NCBI GenBank assembly: GCA_963726255.1
Contig: CAVSBL010000002.1
Span: 1,120,001-1,184,000, forward strand
DNA from: Candidatus Bathyarchaeota archaeon
Lineage (GTDB): Archaea; Thermoproteota; Bathyarchaeia; 40CM-2-53-6
Length of the DNA stretch: 64,000 nt
Reading direction: 5' to 3'
In this document: positions 27,221 to 37,089 of the stretch, one piece after another
Layout: each line of letters begins with the position of its first letter
Numbering within the stretch: the stretch's first letter is position 1
Made by a program: the position numbers and the translations under genes
The notes under the pieces: model-generated
What the model was told of the DNA's origin: nothing
The model's database searches: none
The model's input: the letters and a program-made list of their open reading frames with translations, nothing else

Positions 27221-28342
27221 TCAGCTGATTTCTTTCAGTTTGGCAGGCAGATATTTGTCTACGATGTAGGCCAGCCCGTATCGGCTGAAAGCTTCCTGTT
27301 CTGCCTTGCGTTTAACTTTCAGGAATGTTTCGATTTCCTTCTTCCATAGCTTTCCATTATACCTTGGATCCTTCTCGAGTTCATAGAGCCTCTTTATGTC
27401 CAGGTCCGTTAAGGGGTCGCTTGGAAGCTTGTAGTCTACGATATCAGAGGCCCATACACCCGCCCATTTAGCGTCTGGCGTGTTGAGTTCCCGGAGATGC
27501 GCCGCGTTTGCTGAGCCGGATATTATGACGTTGGCAATGTGCATACCCCAGGGGTCTGCGTCGCAGAAGATGTAGACTGGAAGTTTCAATTCTTTGTTCA
27601 ATCTCCGAAGGAGTGCCCGTGTTGCGCGCGGTGCCTGCCCGGCGGTGTGAATCAATAGGGCCTTATATTTTTCGTGAACCCTCTCTTCAATGAAGCGCGT
27701 GAATAGGCCGCCTTTCTCGATGGCAATTACCTTGTCAGCGTTGCAATCTGCAAATTCTGCGTTTGTGAGCGCTGGCCCTATCATCATTCCATCGGGGTGT
27801 GATGCAAGGTTCAGTTCTTTTCCTTCATACCCTCGGACCGTGTACTGGATGGTCAAGTCGCCGAAGATTGCGCTGCGTTCTTCGGGAAAGACGTTGAAGT
27901 CTTCTCTCGAGTAGCCGAGAACTGTTTCAAGGTCCGTTATGATGTCGTCGCTTTCAGCTTGGTCTGTGAAGCTCATTTCATATGCTTGCGCCGAATAGAA
28001 AACGTCTCTGAGGGTTGATGTTTTTCCTTCCCGTGCAAGTTCGTCGACGAAGGATCCGGTCCAGACGAGTTGTGTTAGTGGCCGAACATGTCTGATGTTT
28101 CGGGCGCTGCGCTTCACATTATGCTCGCCGAGTATGTATTGCCGGGTCTTCTCGTCATAGTGTATGTTGTTTATGGACCGGCTGGGCATTCGAACCGTGG
28201 GCCATTGTTTCTGGGAGAGTTGTTCGTAGATTTGGCTACCTAAACCCTTGAGGCTGTCTAACACTTGGCCTCTGCGTTGTTCTACTCGGCTAGTCTTGCT
28301 CGCTTTGGTCGCTTTGGTCGTCTTCACTATCTTCTTTTTCAT
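27221..28342 (-). CDS. top6A: DNA topoisomerase VI subunit A
   Basis: TLRDVFY (catalytic Tyr), IEKGG, DADPWG toprim. Confidence 0.96.
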   Translation of the reverse strand: MKKKIVKTTKATKASKTSRVEQRRGQVLDSLKGLGSQIYEQLSQKQWPTVRMPSRSINNIHYDEKTRQYILGEHNVKRSARNIRHVRPLTQLVWTGSFVDELAREGKTSTLRDVFYSAQAYEMSFTDQAESDDIITDLETVLGYSREDFNVFPEERSAIFGDLTIQYTVRGYEGKELNLASHPDGMMIGPALTNAEFADCNADKVIAIEKGGLFTRFIEERVHEKYKALLIHTAGQAPRATRALLRRLNKELKLPVYIFCDADPWGMHIANVIISGSANAAHLRELNTPDAKWAGVWASDIVDYKLPSDPLTDLDIKRLYELEKDPRYNGKLWKKEIETFLKVKRKAEQEAFSRYGLAYIVDKYLPAKLKEIS

Positions 28343-29852
28343 GCTTCAAAACACTCCTGAGCAGTGGGGAAACATCCGGAGGCTTGCCTTTCTTAGCGAG
28401 CTTAGCTGAGAACGATGCAATCTTAGGCAGGTATTTCTGGAACACATCAAGCCTGTGCTTATCATGCGCCAGGTGGATCTTTTTCGAAAGGAACAACGAG
28501 AGTCTACGCGCAACTTCGCGAACGGCGTTCAGGACCTCTCGTTCTACATCAGGTCGGTCGGCAATGAATTCCTTACCCACAGTCTTGTAGGGAACCTTTG
28601 TGGAACAGATGTGAACGAAAACTGCAATCGGCATATCTGGGGAGACTTTATAGTGTCTCCAATCAACCTCTGTGTTCACAACTTTCCATGATACGTCACT
28701 TGCCTCATCGAAGAGTAATGGAATCTTGTTCGCAAATCTGAAAAGTTTGATTCCTCCCCCGGCCTCGATTTGACCGCCATAAGCTATGCCCACTTCGACT
28801 ATGAATGGGAAACCCGCGTAAGCTGATGGCTTCCTTTGATAAACAGCAACGAACTCCGGCGCGAGCTCTTTCTTGATTCCCGCTTCAAGCAATTCCTCCC
28901 CAAGGGGTGACAAACAACTTGCGTCTGGGGCAAGGAACTTGTAATTCTTCATTGCGTTTACAATCTGAACGATTTCTTCCGGTGTCAGCTTCTTCGGGTT
29001 CTTCTTGGTGGGCAGGTCAACTTGCTGCAGGAATGAAGTTGCGATTGTTCGGCCAACTCTGTGAAAGTGGCTCTTCATGAACCCGACGAGTGTGCGTTCC
29101 TTGGTCAACTCGATAAGGCGCTTCATCGTTTCGACGTCGACGCCATAGGGGTGCGGTAGAGTTTCTTGCGGCGGTTTAGGCATTAGTAGGGTCGCACGGT
29201 CGAACCTATAGAGCCTGCCTCTCGGGTCAACGTAGGTTATGGTTGCATAGGGTGCGACGATCGCGGTTTCCATTAGGTAATCCAGAATCTTGGACATCGC
29301 ACGAGTGTAATCTGCCTCGGTGGAGAATTCGATGACGGAGCCGTGCCAATGGTTCTCGTTCGGGTGCGTCTTGTGCTTGAGAATGACCGGCTTGTTCTTT
29401 TGGATATCAATCATCAAATTGTACTGGTGTATCTTCGTTCGACCAGTACTGGACATGATTATTGCGTTTCCATGGGTCGTAATCTGGCCGTACAGTATGG
29501 CCATCTTACCGCCCAACCCGAAGGTGCCACGTGTCTGACGAAGCTTGTACTTGGAACCGAAGAGAACCTGCGCGAAGGCTGAAGGTATGATGTCGTAGGG
29601 AATCCCTATCCCGTTGTCTTCAATATGAACCCTGTAAACTCCCGGGCCATCTGTCGGCCCCGACTCGTGAGATATTCGGATGTAAATGTCAGGTGGAATC
29701 TCTCGTGTCTCACATGCGTCGAGTGAATTCTCGACTAGTTCACGGATGGTGGAGTATATCGCCCTTGTCGGATTTGTGAACCCGGCGATGTCCCGGTTGC
29801 GGTAGAAGAAATCTGCCGCCGATATTTCTTGGAATACTTCTTGGAGCGCCAT
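28290..29852 (-). CDS. top6B: DNA topoisomerase VI subunit B
   Basis: ELVENSLDA, DNGIG, QTRGTFGLG, RFANKIPL, STKVPYKTVGKE. Confidence 0.97.
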   Translation of the reverse strand: MALQEVFQEISAADFFYRNRDIAGFTNPTRAIYSTIRELVENSLDACETREIPPDIYIRISHESGPTDGPGVYRVHIEDNGIGIPYDIIPSAFAQVLFGSKYKLRQTRGTFGLGGKMAILYGQITTHGNAIIMSSTGRTKIHQYNLMIDIQKNKPVILKHKTHPNENHWHGSVIEFSTEADYTRAMSKILDYLMETAIVAPYATITYVDPRGRLYRFDRATLLMPKPPQETLPHPYGVDVETMKRLIELTKERTLVGFMKSHFHRVGRTIATSFLQQVDLPTKKNPKKLTPEEIVQIVNAMKNYKFLAPDASCLSPLGEELLEAGIKKELAPEFVAVYQRKPSAYAGFPFIVEVGIAYGGQIEAGGGIKLFRFANKIPLLFDEASDVSWKVVNTEVDWRHYKVSPDMPIAVFVHICSTKVPYKTVGKEFIADRPDVEREVLNAVREVARRLSLFLSKKIHLAHDKHRLDVFQKYLPKIASFSAKLAKKGKPPDVSPLLRSVLKHEKEDSEDDQSDQSEQD

Positions 29853-29909
29853 CAGGGTTCGCCTATGTTGGTGAAGCTGGGGGATAAAGCTGATGATGGT
29901 TGCTCCGTG

Positions 29910-30488
29910 TCACGTAGGCGGCTTCTGCCATAGCTCAAGGGTTTCTCTTTTCTTGGCTTCGCTCTTTATCTTTCTAAGCAGTTTGTACACGGTGGAATGT
30001 TGTTTGCCTTTGAGCAAGAGTTCGATTGCTACCCTCGCGGCAGTCACGGTTTCGTATTCGCCTATCATAGAAATTGTGTGGCCGTAGACCGAGACTTTCG
30101 CGTCCGTCATTTCCTCTATTAGCCTGCGAATTTTGCCTTCGCGCCCAATCACTCGACCCTTAAGCCTTGAAATCTCGTTTTCGTTTCTTCCGAGTGTTTC
30201 CCTCAGGTCGATGATGTCTAGGATGATGTCGTCATCGACGAGTTCCATCGCTCGCTCGGGCGAGAAACCGCGGCCAATCGCGAGGACAACGTCGCGAGCT
30301 CGAAGGATGGTGGTTGCGTCATCAGAATTTTCTCGAGGAACGATTTCTACGACACCGCCTTGACTTTGGATTAGCAAGTGCGCCTTGAACGCATCTTCAA
30401 TTTTGCTCTTAGTCGAACCGTCCTTTCCGATGAGCACGCCCATGCGTTCGGAGGGGATTGTGGTGCTAATTCGCGTCGACATCTTCAC
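29910..30488 (-). CDS. KH-domain rRNA processing protein (Dim2/Pno1-like)
   Basis: GVLIGKDG, AIGRGFSPERA, GRVIGREG, GKQHSTVY. Confidence 0.92.
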   Translation of the reverse strand: MKMSTRISTTIPSERMGVLIGKDGSTKSKIEDAFKAHLLIQSQGGVVEIVPRENSDDATTILRARDVVLAIGRGFSPERAMELVDDDIILDIIDLRETLGRNENEISRLKGRVIGREGKIRRLIEEMTDAKVSVYGHTISMIGEYETVTAARVAIELLLKGKQHSTVYKLLRKIKSEAKKRETLELWQKPPT

Positions 30489-31275
30489 TCGTCACCCACT
30501 TCGTTAATCTTTCAATCGGAGGTACGGTTACACCGATCCGCGAGAAATATTCATTCATGCGAACCAAGTCTCTTTCGAGAAACTTGCGGGCCATGGGATG
30601 TTCAGGGGGCACGGCTTGGGCGAAGTCAAAGATTACCGGCTCTAGGTCAACTATCATGATGTTATACTCACTTAGGTCACCGTGTACAAGTTGGGCTTTT
30701 TGGTAGAGCCTTTTTACAGCTTCAGCAATTTTGTCGTACACTTGGGCTGGGTGGTCTAAGGGTGTCTCCCTCAGCAGCGGAGCGGGAATACCGTTTCTTC
30801 CGATGAACTCCATAAGCAGTACGTTTCCCTCTACCTTCAATGGCATGGGGACCCGGACGCCCGCGTCACGTGCTTGTTGGAGGTTCCTGAACTCCTTCAG
30901 AGCCCAAAGGTTGACGAGCGACCTTGTGTCTTTTCTAGTGTTCTTGAACCTTTCATCGCCTTGTATGTACATCATCCTGCCGCTCACAAATCCCGCAGAC
31001 GTGGTCAAGAAAATCTTGATTGCCACTAGCTTGTTTCTTCGTCCAACTCCCCAATACAGACGTGATTCTTTTCCTGAGCGCACTACACCGTTGATGTTTC
31101 GGATGTACCCGCGGTTCAGCAAACGATATACTATCATCAGAGTCGATTTATCGAAAACCTCTTCAAGAGACTCCATCTCCTCGCTACGTTTCTTCCTCAT
31201 TAACCGGTCTACTTCGTAGCGGGCAACCCTGCGGCGTAGCTTCCGCTCAGCTACGGACTCCACTTTCCCCACCAA
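30466..31275 (-). CDS. rio1: RIO1-type serine kinase
   Basis: SGKES, VAIKIF, WALKEFRNL, LVHGDLSEYN, IFDFAQ. Confidence 0.94.
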   Translation of the reverse strand: MVGKVESVAERKLRRRVARYEVDRLMRKKRSEEMESLEEVFDKSTLMIVYRLLNRGYIRNINGVVRSGKESRLYWGVGRRNKLVAIKIFLTTSAGFVSGRMMYIQGDERFKNTRKDTRSLVNLWALKEFRNLQQARDAGVRVPMPLKVEGNVLLMEFIGRNGIPAPLLRETPLDHPAQVYDKIAEAVKRLYQKAQLVHGDLSEYNIMIVDLEPVIFDFAQAVPPEHPMARKFLERDLVRMNEYFSRIGVTVPPIERLTKWVTSEDVDAN

Positions 31276-31296
31276 GCAATCTCATCTAAGAAAAAA

Positions 31297-31611
31297 CTAG
31301 GCAGCCAGACGACCTTGGCTTCGTAGCCAGTTTGATTGGCTTTCCGTATACCGCCAGAGAATATCTCCTCTGCTATCGGCCTGGAAGTCCCACGGAGCAA
31401 CCAGTACCGTGTCTCCGACCTTGATCCAGACTCGGCGCTTCATCTTACCTCGAATTCTGCAGACCCTCTCGTGTCCGTCCCCACACTTGACCATTAGCCT
31501 ATCATAACCCAGCATCTGGGTTACAATTCCCAGTAGCTGCCCCTCATCGGGCATGACCATTTCCCTGAGTTCGCCTTCACTCAGAACCTTCTTCTTACCC
31601 ACATTTTCCAC
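31297..31611 (-). CDS. eif1a: Translation initiation factor aIF-1A
   Basis: RIRGKMKRRVWI..GD.VLVAPWDFQ. Confidence 0.96.
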   Translation of the reverse strand: MENVGKKKVLSEGELREMVMPDEGQLLGIVTQMLGYDRLMVKCGDGHERVCRIRGKMKRRVWIKVGDTVLVAPWDFQADSRGDILWRYTESQSNWLRSQGRLAA

Positions 31612-31692
31612 CGAAGTTTCGTCGCGCCTATATTCCGACCAGCCTAAATAAGCCTACAGCCCACCGCAAGCAAACAGACCGCTCAGCGCCAT

Positions 31693-31992
31693 TCACATTC
31701 TGATCATCTGGACGTGCGGCACCCCGCCGATACGGAGAATCGCGGATGGGTCGACAAAACCCCCTTGAACCGCCGCTTCAACTATGCCCTCGCCCACCAG
31801 GTTCGCTATGTCTGCCCCGTCAATGGCCTGCAGCGCTTCAGGAATGCTAGTGGAAACGCCCTTGTAGAAATCAACCTTCACTTCGAGCTTCAACTTTCCC
31901 TCACGAAATGTTGCCCCGAGAAGTTCCGAATCACAAACGGCCACGAGGGTGTACTTTGCGTCTTTGAAGATTCGAAGAGAGACTTTGCTCAC
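31693..31992 (-). CDS. DUF424 family protein; likely start GTG 31992
   Basis: LVAVCDSELLG, FY.G, ANLVG, IGGVPH. Confidence 0.85.
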   Translation of the reverse strand: MSKVSLRIFKDAKYTLVAVCDSELLGATFREGKLKLEVKVDFYKGVSTSIPEALQAIDGADIANLVGEGIVEAAVQGGFVDPSAILRIGGVPHVQMIRM

Positions 31993-32008
31993 GCGGGGGC
32001 ACACTTTC

Positions 32009-32419
32009 TTAGACGGGGAGTATGGAAGACCTCGCACCACACGCCTCGCAGCGGAGGAAGAGGTACCTCCCTTCCTTCTCGATTTTCGTATCAGGCCGGT
32101 TGCATATGGGACATATCACATAACGTTGAGCGTAAATGTTCAGAAGCCGTGTTACGGTTCCAACATCGAACCTGCCTTGGAATATGGCCCTCGCGCCATC
32201 GAGGGACGCGGCCGTTGCCAGCTCCCCAGACAGAAACTTGAGCAAATGGTGGGGGTCCCGATTGATCTTGCCACTAATCTCGCCGAAATTCTGGATTATT
32301 GTCCTCCTACCCATCCTTATGCCGACAACTCTCGGTATCTCGAACCTTTCCCCACTCCCCACGACCTTAGGAAGGTTGGAATAGGCACGCTCAAGCAGTT
32401 TCGTGTAATCTCCACTCAA
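32009..32419 (-). CDS. eif2b: Translation initiation factor aIF-2 beta; start TTG 32419 after GGTGG
   Basis: YTKLLERAY, ERFEIP, YVICPICNRPDT...CEACGA. Confidence 0.95.
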   Translation of the reverse strand: MSGDYTKLLERAYSNLPKVVGSGERFEIPRVVGIRMGRRTIIQNFGEISGKINRDPHHLLKFLSGELATAASLDGARAIFQGRFDVGTVTRLLNIYAQRYVICPICNRPDTKIEKEGRYLFLRCEACGARSSILPV

Positions 32420-32620
32420 AGTTGATTTCCACCAGAAGCATACGAAGCGCCATATTTCTTGATTCCCCTTTAGGAAAGAAATGTTAATCTGGTCACACGG
32501 ACGGTAAGCGTAAGGAAGCTTTTGGAGGGGCCGCAACTAAAGATCATCACGAACAGGCGGAAAAAACACTTACTGATTTCTTGCTTGTTGGCGAACGGGC
32601 CCGACTGGAGGCGGTCATGA

Positions 32621-34258
32621 ATGGGGAAATGGATAGTCAACTCTGCCTGGCCCTACGTAAATTCAGTCCCTCATTTGGGCACATTTATCCACATTCTCAG
32701 CGCGGATGTCTTCGCTAGATACCTACGCCTCAAAGGCGAACAGGTCATTGCCGTAACGGGTTCGGACGAACATGGAACGCCCATTGAAGTTGAAGCCATA
32801 AAGCGGGGTGTTTCGCCGAGGCAGCTGACTGACGAAATCCACAAGCAAATCTGCGACCTACTGGAGGCCTACAATATACGCCTCGACAATTACACGAGGA
32901 CCGAAAGCCCGGTCCATATTCGATACACTCAAGAGCTCTACAAGAAAGTGTACGAGAACGGTTACGTGTATACTCAAGACGTCAACTTACCATATTGCGA
33001 GAAGGATCAAAGATTCCTCCCCGACCGCTTTGTCGAGGGAACATGCCCCCACTGCGGCTACGAACAAGCTAGGGGCGACCAATGCGATTCATGCGGCCGC
33101 GTACTCGACCCGCTCGAACTAATTCGGCCCAGATGCGTTTTCTGTGGTAAGGCTCCTACCGTTAAGACATCAAAACACTGGTTCTTCGACCTGCCGAAAT
33201 TTAGAGACAAACTCCTCACCCTTGTCCAAGAGAACAAACAACTGCCAGACAACGCTCGCAACTTCTCACTAAAATGGCTCGAGGAAGGCCTTAAGCCCCG
33301 AGCCCTGACGAGGGACAACAAATGGGGCATTGCAGCACCATTTCCAGGAGCCGAGGGAAAGACCATCTATGTCTGGTTGGAAGCGGTCTTAGGCTATGTT
33401 TCGGCATCGATAGAGTGGGCTGAAAAATCAGGCAGGCCCGATGCTTGGAAGGATTTCTGGTTCGACAAGCAGACCAGAAACGTGCATTTCATCGGGAAGG
33501 ACAACATTCCATTCCACGTGATCATTTTCCCAAGCCTCCTCCTAGCGACGCATGAGGATTATGTACTACCATGGCAGGTATCCTCAACCGAATTCATTCT
33601 ATTTGATGGACAAAAATTCTCTAAGAGCAAGAAGGTCGGAGTCTGGATTGATGAAGCATTGAAAGTTGCCCCGGCCGAATATTGGCGGTACGTCCTTATA
33701 GCAATCCGGCCTGAGGCTCGAGACGCAAACTTCACGTGGCGGGATTTCGAAAGTCACGTGAATAGCGAATTAAACGATGTGTTAGGAAACTTCGTCCACC
33801 GCACGCTCACATTCGTGAACAGCAATTTCGACTCAAAGATACCCGAACCGAAACAGCTGGACGAAAAGGATGAAGTCTTGAAGAATCGAATAGAGTCATC
33901 ACCCTCAAAGGTATCCCAACTCTTCGACCAATTTCAATTGAGAAGCGCCCTTGCGGAAATCATTGAACTCGCAAGGACCGGAAACCAATACCTAAGCGAA
34001 CGGGAACCGTGGCATCTCCTGAAGAAGGATCGGGCGAAAACGGCTACAACGCTCTACTTCGCCGCGCAGGTCGTCAGATCGATAGGCATCCTAATTTCCC
34101 CATTCCTGCCGGAAACGGCGCAACATATTCGCGAACAACTCAACCTGACCGAAGAGCAAGGATGGTGGGACGCGGGGAAACTTGCCCTCAAGCCTGGTCA
34201 CGCCATAGGCAAATCGACCCCACTGTTCCACAAGGTCTTCGTGCCGGCGCAGTCATGA
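32621..34258 (+). CDS. metG: Methionyl-tRNA synthetase (no C-terminal tRNA-binding domain)
   Basis: PYVNSVPHLG (HIGH), zinc knuckles, GKDN, KFSKS. Confidence 0.96.
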   Translation: MGKWIVNSAWPYVNSVPHLGTFIHILSADVFARYLRLKGEQVIAVTGSDEHGTPIEVEAIKRGVSPRQLTDEIHKQICDLLEAYNIRLDNYTRTESPVHIRYTQELYKKVYENGYVYTQDVNLPYCEKDQRFLPDRFVEGTCPHCGYEQARGDQCDSCGRVLDPLELIRPRCVFCGKAPTVKTSKHWFFDLPKFRDKLLTLVQENKQLPDNARNFSLKWLEEGLKPRALTRDNKWGIAAPFPGAEGKTIYVWLEAVLGYVSASIEWAEKSGRPDAWKDFWFDKQTRNVHFIGKDNIPFHVIIFPSLLLATHEDYVLPWQVSSTEFILFDGQKFSKSKKVGVWIDEALKVAPAEYWRYVLIAIRPEARDANFTWRDFESHVNSELNDVLGNFVHRTLTFVNSNFDSKIPEPKQLDEKDEVLKNRIESSPSKVSQLFDQFQLRSALAEIIELARTGNQYLSEREPWHLLKKDRAKTATTLYFAAQVVRSIGILISPFLPETAQHIREQLNLTEEQGWWDAGKLALKPGHAIGKSTPLFHKVFVPAQS

Positions 34259-34270
34259 CGGTGGTCGAGG

Positions 34271-34900
34271 ATGCCATCACTTAAACTCGATTTGCACGTC
34301 CACACAATCGGCTCGTACGACGGCCACACTAGGCGTGAGGACCTCCCCAAAATCATCAGGAGCCGAGGGCTCGACGGTGTGGCTGTGGCGGAACATGATA
34401 GATTCGACCCGCCCAAACTGCCGGACGCACTAATCCTTCCTGCTGTGGAAATTTCTTCCAAGGATGGGCACGTATTGGCGTTGGGCATTCGAGAGATGAT
34501 TCCGCCAAGGCTTCCAGCGGACGAAACCATTCAGAAGATCCACGATCAAGATGGAGTTGCAATAATTCCTCACCCCTACGACCCCGTCTCCGAGTGTGTC
34601 AAGATTGCAAGACTAACAGTGAGGCCAGACGCGGTCGAGACAGTTAATGCTGACGCCTTGTCGTTCTACGTGTCAAATTGGTTGGCACGCAGAGATGCGC
34701 GAAGGTTCAAGCTTCCACAGGTCGGAGGGAGTGACTCCCATATCCCACAGACAATTGGCGACGCCTACAGCGTCATTGATGCCGATTCCAGCGATGTGAA
34801 GGACATCCTTGCAGCCATTAAAGCAGGGAAGGTCCGGGCAGAAGGACACGCCACGTCCATCATGAATAAAGTCCGGAAACTAAGTTACAAGTTCAAGTGA
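34271..34900 (+). CDS. PHP-domain metallophosphoesterase
   Basis: DLHVHT, EHD, PHP, GGSDSH. Confidence 0.9.
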   Translation: MPSLKLDLHVHTIGSYDGHTRREDLPKIIRSRGLDGVAVAEHDRFDPPKLPDALILPAVEISSKDGHVLALGIREMIPPRLPADETIQKIHDQDGVAIIPHPYDPVSECVKIARLTVRPDAVETVNADALSFYVSNWLARRDARRFKLPQVGGSDSHIPQTIGDAYSVIDADSSDVKDILAAIKAGKVRAEGHATSIMNKVRKLSYKFK

Positions 34901-35021
34901 GCGTTTCAACCTGATCGATACCCAACCTTAGGCTGAGACGTTCGCCTTCCGCTGATTGCGGTTCCATTTGGAATAAATCAAATTCGTCAAGGATATTCCG
35001 AATGGAAATCTCTGTAGCCAA
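34893..35021 (-). CDS. Small hypothetical protein (42 aa, MATEISIRNILDEFDLFQMEP...)
   Basis: TTG preceded by strong AGGTGA Shine-Dalgarno; otherwise unexplained gap. Confidence 0.4.
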   Translation of the reverse strand: MATEISIRNILDEFDLFQMEPQSAEGERLSLRLGIDQVETLT

Positions 35022-35256
35022 TAGCTCACCTTTACTGACGGACTGAGGGATTTGTGATGGAGATACGTTGGACTATTTTTGGGAACGGGTCTCAGTCCGG
35101 TGCGATTTGAGCATCCTAGCGGTGGCGAAAGGCTCTAACGGACGAGTTCGCTTGCGATATTTCTCCAAGAATCAGGAAAGATTGCTCGTTCCTGCGCTAG
35201 GGTTTGGCATAGCGGTGCCTAGTTTAGGCTTGATGATGGATAGGCTCAACGGAGAG

Positions 35257-35541
35257 TTACCCTCCGCCGACGGGGGGTATAATTGCAAATGTGCATCCGT
35301 CCGTCAATTCAGTTAAGAATCCGCCCGATTCAGAAATCGACTTCTCATTCAGAATGAATTGAAGGTATGAGCGGGGGTTCCCAGTCTCATCGAACAGGTA
35401 TTCCTTCAGTTTGTCGCCATGTTTTGTCACGATGAGGTCGAGAAGCTTCCGTACATTTGTGCCACGGGGAATGTCCACGTTCTCCTCTCGCATGTTGACC
35501 ACTTCCCGAACCGATGCGAAATAGTAGATTTTGACTTTCAA
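35257..35541 (-). CDS. Ubiquitin-like SAMP/MoaD protein
   Basis: VKIYYFASVRE, C-terminal PPVGGG. Confidence 0.92.
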   Translation of the reverse strand: MKVKIYYFASVREVVNMREENVDIPRGTNVRKLLDLIVTKHGDKLKEYLFDETGNPRSYLQFILNEKSISESGGFLTELTDGCTFAIIPPVGGG

Positions 35542-35575
35542 GGAGTTCCCACGAGAACGATTCTTCGTTTGAGGG

Positions 35576-37084
35576 CTACTTGTGACCTGAACTGCTCATT
35601 CTCCATGTTAACTGCATTGACTTTGGCCTGTTGGCCTTCGCTTCGTCAATTCTCGTTACACTCGTTGCATGAGGGCTGGTTGCGGGTTCGCTGGATTTCG
35701 AGTAGGCCTCATCGCTAATCCGTGCGAAGCCGTCTATCATAGCGTCAAGTTCCTCTTTAGCCACCGTTTCGGTAGGCTCCGTCATCATTGCCTCTTCTAC
35801 AATCATGGGGAAATAGACGGTTGGTGGGTGCACTCCGAAGTCTAGTAACCTCTTTCCTACCTGCAGTGCCGTAACGCCTGTTTCCTTTGCAAGGCCCGAA
35901 GCGGACAAAACGAATTCATGCTTTCTCGGGACGCCTTCCCCGTAAGGAAGCGAAAAGCCCTTGATTCTTCGAAGTTTGTGGGCCATGTAATTGGCGTTGA
36001 GAACCGCAACCTCAGAAGCTGTTTCTAGGCCTTCTTTCCCATGGAGCAGAACGTAGACGTAAGCACGAAGAACCACGGCGGCGCTTCCGTAAAACGCCCT
36101 GACCCGTCCGATACTCTTCGGCCTATTGTAGTCCAAATAGTATCTCGTCCCATCAAATTCCACGGTTGGAACGGGCAGGTAGTCCACGAGGCGGCTTGTG
36201 ACACCTACAGGTCCGGCGCCTGGTCCTCCTCCTCCGTGCGGGGTTGCGAAGGTTTTGTGCAGGTTGATGTGAACGACATCGAAGCCCATGTCGCCCGGTT
36301 TAGCTTTACCCATGATTGCGTTTAGGTTGGCACCATCGTAATAGAGCAACCCGCCAGAATCATGGACTATGCCAGCGATTTCGAGGATATCACGTTCGAA
36401 GATACCGAGCGTGTTGGGGTTTGTGATCATTAGCCCAGCCGTTTTCGGCCCGACCGCGCTCTTCAGCGCCTCCGTGTCTACGCACCCCTGTGAATTTGAC
36501 GGAACCTCGACGACTTTGTACCCGGCCATCGCTGCGCTCGCTGGGTTCGTCCCATGGGCTGAGTCTGGAACGATAATCTCATCACGTTTCATGTCAGACC
36601 TGTCTCGATGGTAAGCCCGCATTAGCATTACACCCGTGTATTCACCGTGCGCCCCGGCGGCTGGTTGCAATGTTACCTTCTGCATGCCCACGATGTTCGA
36701 GAGGAAATTCGTCGCCTCGTATAGGATCTGAAGAATCCCCTGAACGGTCCTCGATTCTTGGTAGGGGTGCATTTCTTGTATTTTATGTGAAGCAGCTATG
36801 AGGTCGCAGAGTTTCGGGTTGTATTTCATTGTGCAACTTCCCAGCGGGTAGATGCCGAGGTCGACCCCGAAGTTCTCTTGCGAGAGGCGGGTAAAGTGGC
36901 GAATTACTTCAATCTCCGTAACTTCCGGCAACGCTGGAGGAGCGGCGCGTCGAAGTCTAGATGGGATGCTCCTCAAGGCAGCATCGCCTTCGTTAGTGGA
37001 GGAAAGTTGATGGAAACCTATTTTCCCCGGCTGCGATAATTCGATGATAAGCGGTTCGTCCCATTTCGCTTGAGCATACACCAA
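35576..37084 (-). CDS. gcvPB: Glycine dehydrogenase (decarboxylating) subunit 2
   Basis: YPLGSCTMKYNP, HGTNPASA, NLHKTFATPHGGGGPG. Confidence 0.96.
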   Translation of the reverse strand: MVYAQAKWDEPLIIELSQPGKIGFHQLSSTNEGDAALRSIPSRLRRAAPPALPEVTEIEVIRHFTRLSQENFGVDLGIYPLGSCTMKYNPKLCDLIAASHKIQEMHPYQESRTVQGILQILYEATNFLSNIVGMQKVTLQPAAGAHGEYTGVMLMRAYHRDRSDMKRDEIIVPDSAHGTNPASAAMAGYKVVEVPSNSQGCVDTEALKSAVGPKTAGLMITNPNTLGIFERDILEIAGIVHDSGGLLYYDGANLNAIMGKAKPGDMGFDVVHINLHKTFATPHGGGGPGAGPVGVTSRLVDYLPVPTVEFDGTRYYLDYNRPKSIGRVRAFYGSAAVVLRAYVYVLLHGKEGLETASEVAVLNANYMAHKLRRIKGFSLPYGEGVPRKHEFVLSASGLAKETGVTALQVGKRLLDFGVHPPTVYFPMIVEEAMMTEPTETVAKEELDAMIDGFARISDEAYSKSSEPATSPHATSVTRIDEAKANRPKSMQLTWRMSSSGHK

Positions 37085-37089
37085 CTATT

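Noticed and set aside
27221-32419. top6AB-KH-rio1-aIF1A-DUF424-aIF2beta cluster as a novel system
   Set aside because: Familiar conserved archaeal housekeeping neighbourhood.
31714-32425. Long plus-strand ORFs (175 and 158 aa) opposite DUF424/aIF-2beta, and many similar antisense ORFs
   Set aside because: Shadow frames of well-conserved genes, with no recognisable motifs.
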